Below are positions 57,590 through 64,000 of a stretch of 64,000 nucleotides of DNA, piece by piece. A program made the translations under genes and the position numbers. Each line of letters begins with the position of its first letter. The stretch's first letter is position 1. Location: the NCBI RefSeq assembly GCF_009914755.1, contig NC_060941.1; one strand, written 5' to 3'. The DNA is from the human T2T-CHM13v2.0 reference genome, Homo sapiens. The notes beneath the pieces were generated by a model, which saw only the letters and a list, made by a program, of their open reading frames with translations, did no database searches and was not told the DNA's origin.

Positions 57590-58340
57590 CAGGCAAGATA
57601 CATCAGTGAATCCTGCTAACCCTGCCTTCATAATAAATCCAAAATCCGACCCCTTCTCATCGGCCCCACCCTGGCCAGGCCTCATCATTGCCCACCTGGA
57701 CTAGTGTAGGATGCAGGCTTCTGTGCTCCTGCCCTGGCCCCACATCTGCCCTCTTCACAGGGAGAAACTCTGACCACCCAAGGGAAAGCGTGTCCCATCC
57801 CTGCTCAAAACACTGCAGAAATGCCTCATCTCGTTCAGTCTAAGAGCCAAAGTCCCTACAATGGTGTGTGTGCAAGCCCCTGTAGGTGTGGCCCCCCGTC
57901 CTCTCTGCCCACATCTCTTTCTGCTCACTCCCCTCAAGCCACACTAACCTCTTGGCCATTCCTCAAAAATCCCAGCCTGGCTGCTGCCTCAGGGTCTTTG
58001 CACTTGTTCTTCCTTCTGCCTGCACAGCTTTGCCCCCAGACAGCTGCATGCCTCACTACCTTTGTCTGTCAAGTGTGTTCTCAAATGCTCTTAAGTATGA
58101 GCTCTGACCACTCAGTGTAGAAAAACAGCCCCTGCAGATGCTCCCAGCCCGCTTCCTTGGCTTTATTTATTTTTCCATAGCACGCTTCACCTAAGGTAAC
58201 ATACTACATCATTTACTTATTCATTCTGTTTCTTGTCTGTCAAGACTAGAATGAAAGCTTTGTCTCATTCCTTGCTCTGAATCCTCAACACATAGAATGG
58301 AGCCTGGCATCTAGTAGGTGCTCAGTAAATATGTACCAAG
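57590..58340 (+). mobile_element. L2 3' region
   Basis: CACCTGGACTA...CCCTGCTCAAAAC...CCTCAGGGTCTTTGCACTTG...GCCTGGCATCTAGTAGGTGCTCAGTAAATAT. Confidence 0.8.
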
Positions 58341-59621
58341 CCAATGGATGCATACTTTTGCCACCTTCAAGTTACGTGACTGGGAGCAAGTGCATTTCCT
58401 GGACCTCAGTGATCCAGTCTCTCAAATGAGGCTGACTGATGGGGCGGGGGGAGATACATAGAGATTTGAAGTTGCTGCCCCACTACTCAATAAACATGTG
58501 GAATAGATGTTAAAACCTGGCCCACATCTGACCTCAGGCCTGCAGGCTTCCAGCGTGAGGCTTACCAGACCAGGGCTGAGCTTGAATGCGACTTCTGGGT
58601 CTTAGTGTACCAGCCTGGCCTGATGGGCCTCCCCGTCCCTTGTTTCCACCTGGGTGTCCCTGGTGGCCTGTCAGTGAGCCTTGTCCTTGGCTGGCTCCAC
58701 TGCCTGCATTCCCTAGGACCCTGCTTAGAGTCCCCAGCCCTCTACCCACCCTGCCTCTCTGGTCAACAGCTCCTGTTTACTATTTAGCTCTGGAATGGCA
58801 TCTGGACACACACTTGCATGAAAGCAGCTATTGAGATAGTGCTTGGCAAACAAAAGGGCTGACATGTCCAGACCTAGGTTCTCCAGAACACAGCCTCACC
58901 TCACCAGGAAGGACTGGGCCCTTTAAAACCTGTGAGCACCCCTACCATCCCAGCGAGGAGGGAGGATCCTAATTCCCCTGGGGCAGACTCTTGGTGAAAG
59001 GTGAAATCAGAACCTAGGGAGCAGGAAGCCTGCCAGCCAGGCAGCCTCCTCTGCTGGTGTTCCAGCAACATTTGTGGGTGCTGGGTGCTGGTTGCTGGCA
59101 CCATGATCCCATGGAATCCTGCCAGTAGGGTCTGATGGAGTAAGCAAGGCTTTGGGGTCCATGCACACTTAGGTTTGAATTGTGAGGTTGCCACTCCATT
59201 CTGCTGCACTGCCACACGCCATGCACTGTGCTTGGTGGAGGTGAGCAAAGAATCTTGAAATTGAGAGTCGGATGGGATCCGATTGTGTTGCTGTGGTCTT
59301 GGCAAGTTCTTTGCAGGCTCTCAGCCTGGGTTTCTCCTCTAGGGGATGGTCAGATCCTGACCTTGGGGTACTGTCTTGTGACTCTCCATGATACCACTTG
59401 TGGAAGGGCCCTGGCCAGGTCAGGGTTTCCATCACCCTCTGGCAGATGTGAATGGCAGCCCTGCTGAATCAAGACCCCTCCGTACCACTGCCCCAGGAGC
59501 TCCAGGGAGTCCCCAGGGAGCCAGGGAACAAGAGAGGCCCCTGGAACAAATGACAGGCTCTGCCCTTTTTTGAGATAAGCCACCCACCACCATCCCATCC
59601 CTCTACACCCATCCCCAGAAT

Positions 59622-59717
59622 CTGGAATCTCTGAAGGGTACTCACTGAGCGACCTGGAATCTGTGAAGGGTACTCACTGAGCGACCTGGAATCTGTGAAG
59701 GGTACTCACTGAGCGAC
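59622..59717. repeat. Minisatellite, 3 x 32 bp (CTGGAATCTGTGAAGGGTACTCACTGAGCGAC)
   Basis: Copies at 59622-59653 (one mismatch), 59654-59685 and 59686-59717. Confidence 0.97.
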
Positions 59718-59869
59718 CTCAGGTGAGTCTTCCGACATGTCCTGGCCCTGATGTTCTCCATGCTCCACCCCACCCCCATTTTATCCAGGGGAACTGTTGG
59801 CTCAAAGAAGAGAAAACTTGGGCTTGGTCAGGCTTATGGGAGGAGGGCTTGGTTTAACTTCATTGTTCC

Positions 59870-60120
59870 ATGCATTCACTCACTCATTCATTGAACAAGT
59901 GCTTATGGAATGTATACCAGGAACCATTCCAAATACGGAAGATACACCAAGGAACAAACAGACAAAAATACCTACCAGATACCTAAATATGTAAATTACA
60001 TGGTATATTAGAAGGTAGGGAACAGCATTCCAGGCAGATGGATCAACAAGTGCAAAGGTCCTAAGGTGAGAGTGTGCCTGCTGAATTCAGGAACTGCAAG
60101 GGGCAATGTGAGTGGGGCAA
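59870..60120 (-). mobile_element. L2 3' fragment
   Basis: CATTCACTCACTCATTCATTGAACAAG...CATTCCAGGCAGA...GTGCAAAGGTCCTAAGGTG. Confidence 0.7.
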
Positions 60121-60807
60121 CAGGCTGGGACTGAGGGCAGGAGTTGGTGGGGACCTGATTGTGTGGGCTGTCATCAACCACCTGGGGGACTTTCTCCTCC
60201 TCATCACTCAGAAACTGAGGAGGGGAGGGAAGACATTCCAGCCAGGTTGGTGATCCCCAGCGGGCATTTGGGCTTTTCCGTTGCCACCTTAATGGTATAC
60301 ACAGTGCGCATCTCCTGGTTCACTCAGCAGCCTCAGGACTGAGTGACCCTGGTCCCCAAGACAGATATTGAAGACAGAGACTAAGCAGCCTGACATTTTA
60401 AATATGGGGAGCCCCGAGTGGGGCGGGGCTGCCCAGGACCTTAGGGATTCACTTCTGGTAGGGAGGGCTGCTACCAGGCTTCAGGGAATGCCAGAAAAAA
60501 GGTGCCCGAGGCCCACCTGGCATGTAATGATGGGCAGGATTGGCTGTAGGATGTATAGAGACTTTAGTATGGGCAGGGTTGGGGGTTAGTAGGTGGAGAG
60601 GGGAGATTGGGACATCATTGAGCAGCAAAACCCAAGTGTGACAGGTGGTCGGTGTGCTCCTGCCAGAGCAGAGGGGCCTGAGTAGGAGGAAGTGGAGGTG
60701 GAGGCCGAGGAGAATGAGACAGACAGACTCACTGGCCAGCGGGAGAAAGTGGTGGGACGAGCCAGGGCTGACACATCTGTGTGATCCCTGGTGCAGTAAC
60801 TCCGGTA

Positions 60808-60885
60808 GATGGATGGACACGTGGATGGATAGAAAGGTGGGTGGATGCAGCGACGGATGGATGGATGAATGAATGAATGAATGCA
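60808..60885. repeat. (GGAT)n/(GAAT)n simple repeat
   Basis: Direct read. Confidence 0.85.
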
Positions 60886-62397
60886 TGCGTGGGCGGTGAG
60901 CGGCCGGGAGAGGGGCGGGCCAGCTGAGCGCTCAATCACAGCCCCGGGGCTCGGCGCCCGCCAGCTGCACTCAGAACCCCCCTCACCGTGGCCCTGCCCT
61001 GTGGCGCCTAATTACGTGCCCCCAGGGCTCTGGAGCGGCTGCTGGGACTGCAGCGAAGAGGGGCCCGCGCCACCTCCGCCAGGCTCCACGCGCCGGCCTT
61101 GAGTGCGCTCCCCTCGGCCGCCGGGAAACCTAGAGGCGCGGTTTGGCCCCAAGGTCCCCGGTCCCGCTCTTCTTTGTCTCGGCCTAGTTCTCGGCTGTCT
61201 CCGGGCCGCGACCCACCTCTCCTGGCGGTCCTTGCCGCATGCTTCTGTGCTGCGCCAGAATCATCGAGTCTCAGTTCTCGCTGCCTTCCCGGCCAGTAGG
61301 CGTCTCCCCCAGCTGGGGAGGGTCCCCCAAACCCTGTGCTTCTAGGACCGCGGGGCCGGCAAGCGGCAGGATCTCCAAGCTGCGTCTCTGATGAGGCTAG
61401 GGGAGGCGCGCGATGAAGGCCCCCCTCTTCTCCGCCTTCTCTCTACGCCCCACCGCTACTACACGTCGCGCTGCGCCGCGACCCCGGCGCTGCCTGTTGG
61501 CGCCTTAAGCGGCTCTTCTGCCGCGGTGCGATCCCCGACGCCAGGAGGACTAACCCCCACCCGCCAGGCCTCAGACCCCACGCAGATCCAGCCACACACG
61601 CAACCGCCTGCAGATACCCACCACAGCCCTTTAAGTTAACCCAAAGCCCCGTACAGGCGCACTGCCCCTACATGCGCAGCCCCACGGCCCCACACACCCA
61701 CCAGCCCACTCGCAAACAGGCCCACATGGCCACACAACTGCCCTCTGGACACTCAGCCCCACGCAGGCACAATCCCATATACACACAACCGCACACAGGC
61801 GCAATCCCACCCACGCAGTACCTCACGGAGTCACACAACCCCCCTATAAACAATCGCACAGACACAGCCCCACGCAGCGCCACATCATTCAGTCAAACTG
61901 AGACCCAGAAACACATTCACTAGCTTGTATCCAGACCCCCCCCCAAGCCCCGTGACATTCACTCGTAGGACAGACCAGAAATATACAGCCACATTGATAC
62001 ACACACGGACCTAAACGCACAGCCAAGACCTCACCCGCAGGCTCGTAAGTCACTGGAAAAATATTAAAGCGTTCCCTCCCTCCCCTCCTCTATCTTTGAC
62101 ATACACACGCCTGCGCGCGCGCGCACTCTTACACTCACACCCCCCGTCCCTAAGCGCGTCGGAGCCTCGCAGCGGGTGACCCCGAGGCCCCGCGGTGAGA
62201 GCCAAGGGAGCGTCTCCCCGGCGCCCCCTCCTCCCGCTCCCTTCCCGAGCTCATCTCTCGCCCCCCCGCCCGCCTCCTCCTTCCCTGCCCCCTCCTCCTC
62301 CTCCCTTCCCCCGAGTCTGGGGCGCGGGCTGCGCGCAGCCAAGCCCCCTCATCGCGCGCCCCTCCCCGCGCGCGCCCCGCGCCAGCATCGCGCTTAC

Positions 62398-62643
62398 CGA
62401 GTGGATGCGGCCACGGGGCCGTCTCTAATTACCTCCTGACCCCCGGCGGCCTGTGAATAATGGCTACTGAGGGCGCTCGCAGGGGCTGCTAAGAAGGAAA
62501 CGCGGGGCGCGAGAGGCGCGGCGCGCGCGGGAGCGCGAGGGAAAGGAGCGAGCCTGGGGCCGTTGCAAGCGGCTGGCGAGAGAAAGGATTCGTGCGAGCG
62601 CTCACATTTGTTTCTCCCAAGGATCTCATCTGGCCACCGCGTT
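62398..62643 (-). ncRNA. Candidate antisense exon
   Basis: Minus-strand donor TCG|GTAAGC (62400-62392); possible acceptor CTCTCCCTCTCGCCTCTTCCAG| with the AG at 62645-62644. Confidence 0.4.
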
Positions 62644-62753
62644 CTGGAAGAGGCGAGAGGGAGAGCGTGCGCGAGAGGAGAGAGACGGCGGGGGAAAGGG
62701 AGACGGCGAGACGCGCAGCGCCGGCGCCCGGGAGACCCAGGAGGAGCCCGCAG
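62400..62753 (+). other. Candidate non-coding first exon (TSS uncertain)
   Basis: Purine-rich 5'UTR-like sequence ending in CAG|GTATTG, followed by a G/T-rich intron-like stretch. Confidence 0.55.
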
Positions 62754-64000
62754 GTATTGTTGGCGGCGGAGCTTTGTGTTTTCGGCGGGCTGCTGTGGGC
62801 GCCAGGGCTCCCCGAGCCCCCGGCCCGCCGCCGCGCGCAGACCTGCCCGGAGTCCGGGGCTGCAGGCTGGGGTCGCCGCCCGCCGCGGACACCCCTCCCG
62901 CGGCGCCAGGATCTTGGCTGGAGTTGCGGATTTGCATGTTTGGGGGTTTTCCACGCTGGTTGAGGGAATCGGTCTCAGAAGAAGGAATTTCTTTCTTTCC
63001 TTTTTTTTTTTTTTTTTTTTGGCCGCTTTTGGCCACAGTTTGGTTGTGCTGGGGATTCCCCCCTCCCCTTTCCTCCACAAAGCATTGGTGAGCGGTCTTG
63101 ACGAATGTGGTATTGGCGGAAGGCATGGGGCTGAGATGGCGGGGCTGGTGGCCACGGATGGGGAGGCGAGAGATGCCAGAGAAGGAAGGAGTTCTGTTCA
63201 AGTTCGCAATCTGCGCCCCGAAGCTGGTCGGACCGGGGAGGGCGATCCGCGCGTCCGATCCTGCTCCGGGCAACCGATGGGAAACTTCCCGAGAGCGCGG
63301 CCTCCCTGGGGACTCGGCGCCCCTGACGCCTCCAGGCGCTTCCTCGGGCCGCTGCGGCCCCTCCTCGCCGCCCGCCAGCGCTTAAGGTCGCGCTCTCCCC
63401 ACCCCCGCCTTCCTCCCTTCCCCGGCGGCTTCCGGATCTGGACAGAGCTGCAGGAGTGGCTTCAAACACTTCCCCTGGAGACCCCTCCCCACTCCCCGCA
63501 CGAGAGCCTGCCCAGTGGCCCCCCTGCCCTGCGCCCCAGTCTCACGCGCGGTCGAGTGGCCAGGCTGACAATGAAATCTCGCACCTCTGCCGTGGGGGAG
63601 TGGGGTGGGGAGGAGGTCCCTCCTGGGGCTGCTGACCCTGGGCCTCGGGCAGGGGGAGGGGGCTCCTGGGGGAGGGGCTTGTTTTGGTTAGAGACGTCGA
63701 CCTGGGATGGCGCCGGGGCAGGGAGGGGGCTGGGGGGTGGGCGCGGCGAAGGCGGCAGGCTTGGGTTCGCGGCCGGGGGTCGTGGATGGCAGCCCCTCTT
63801 GGGCTTGGTGATTGGCTGGTGACTTCAGGCACGTCGAGGGCCCCTCCAACCTCAGCCTCCTCCCCTCTGGTACAATGCGGGCTGAAAGAGGTGATCCCGA
63901 GGGTGCTGTGCTTGTGTGACGAAGTGTTTGTCTCCTGCGATCCTCAGCAGACGCTGCTCCGGTGACCCGGAGATCCGGACGCCTCGACCCCTCCCTCAGG

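Larger units (their letters stand above)
60890..63980. promoter_or_regulatory. CpG island promoter 4 (bipartite, probably bidirectional)
   Basis: CpG-dense at 60890-61570 and 62100-63980; C-rich to G-rich skew switch at about 62400-62470; donors on both strands. Confidence 0.88.

Noticed and set aside
59622-59717. CRISPR-like 32-bp repeats
   Set aside because: Head-to-tail with no spacers, no cas genes, and a primate genomic context
62563-63822. 419-aa ORF and overlapping 215-253-aa ORFs
   Set aside because: Non-ATG starts, CpG-island composition with few stops, a poly-T run read as poly-F/K, and no recognisable domain

Overview
Human (primate) genomic DNA: GC-rich, dense in Alu, MIR, L2 and MLT1/MST repeats, with no recognisable protein-coding exon. 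All long ORFs are explained by Alus, low complexity or CpG-island composition. There are four CpG islands, at about 19.8-21.8, 33.1-33.7, 38.9-39.5 and 60.9-64.0 kb. The first and last look like + strand promoters with non-coding, uORF-containing first exons (donors after 20407 and 62753). The last also has a strong minus-strand donor (62392-62400), suggesting overlapping divergent transcription. The region between is probably a long first intron or regulatory region with homeodomain/SOX/TCF motif clusters. I could not identify the gene; a BLAT search would. I see no evidence for a wholly new biological system. The best leads are a 3 x 32-bp minisatellite framed by splice signals (59619-59728), the overlapping sense/antisense first exons (62392-62759), a TAAT-rich orphan CpG island (about 39.1-39.4 kb), a four-Alu inverted array (26.4-27.9 kb), paired CRE palindromes and a palindromic RUNX pair. 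Repeat subfamily calls are by eye and boundaries are approximate.
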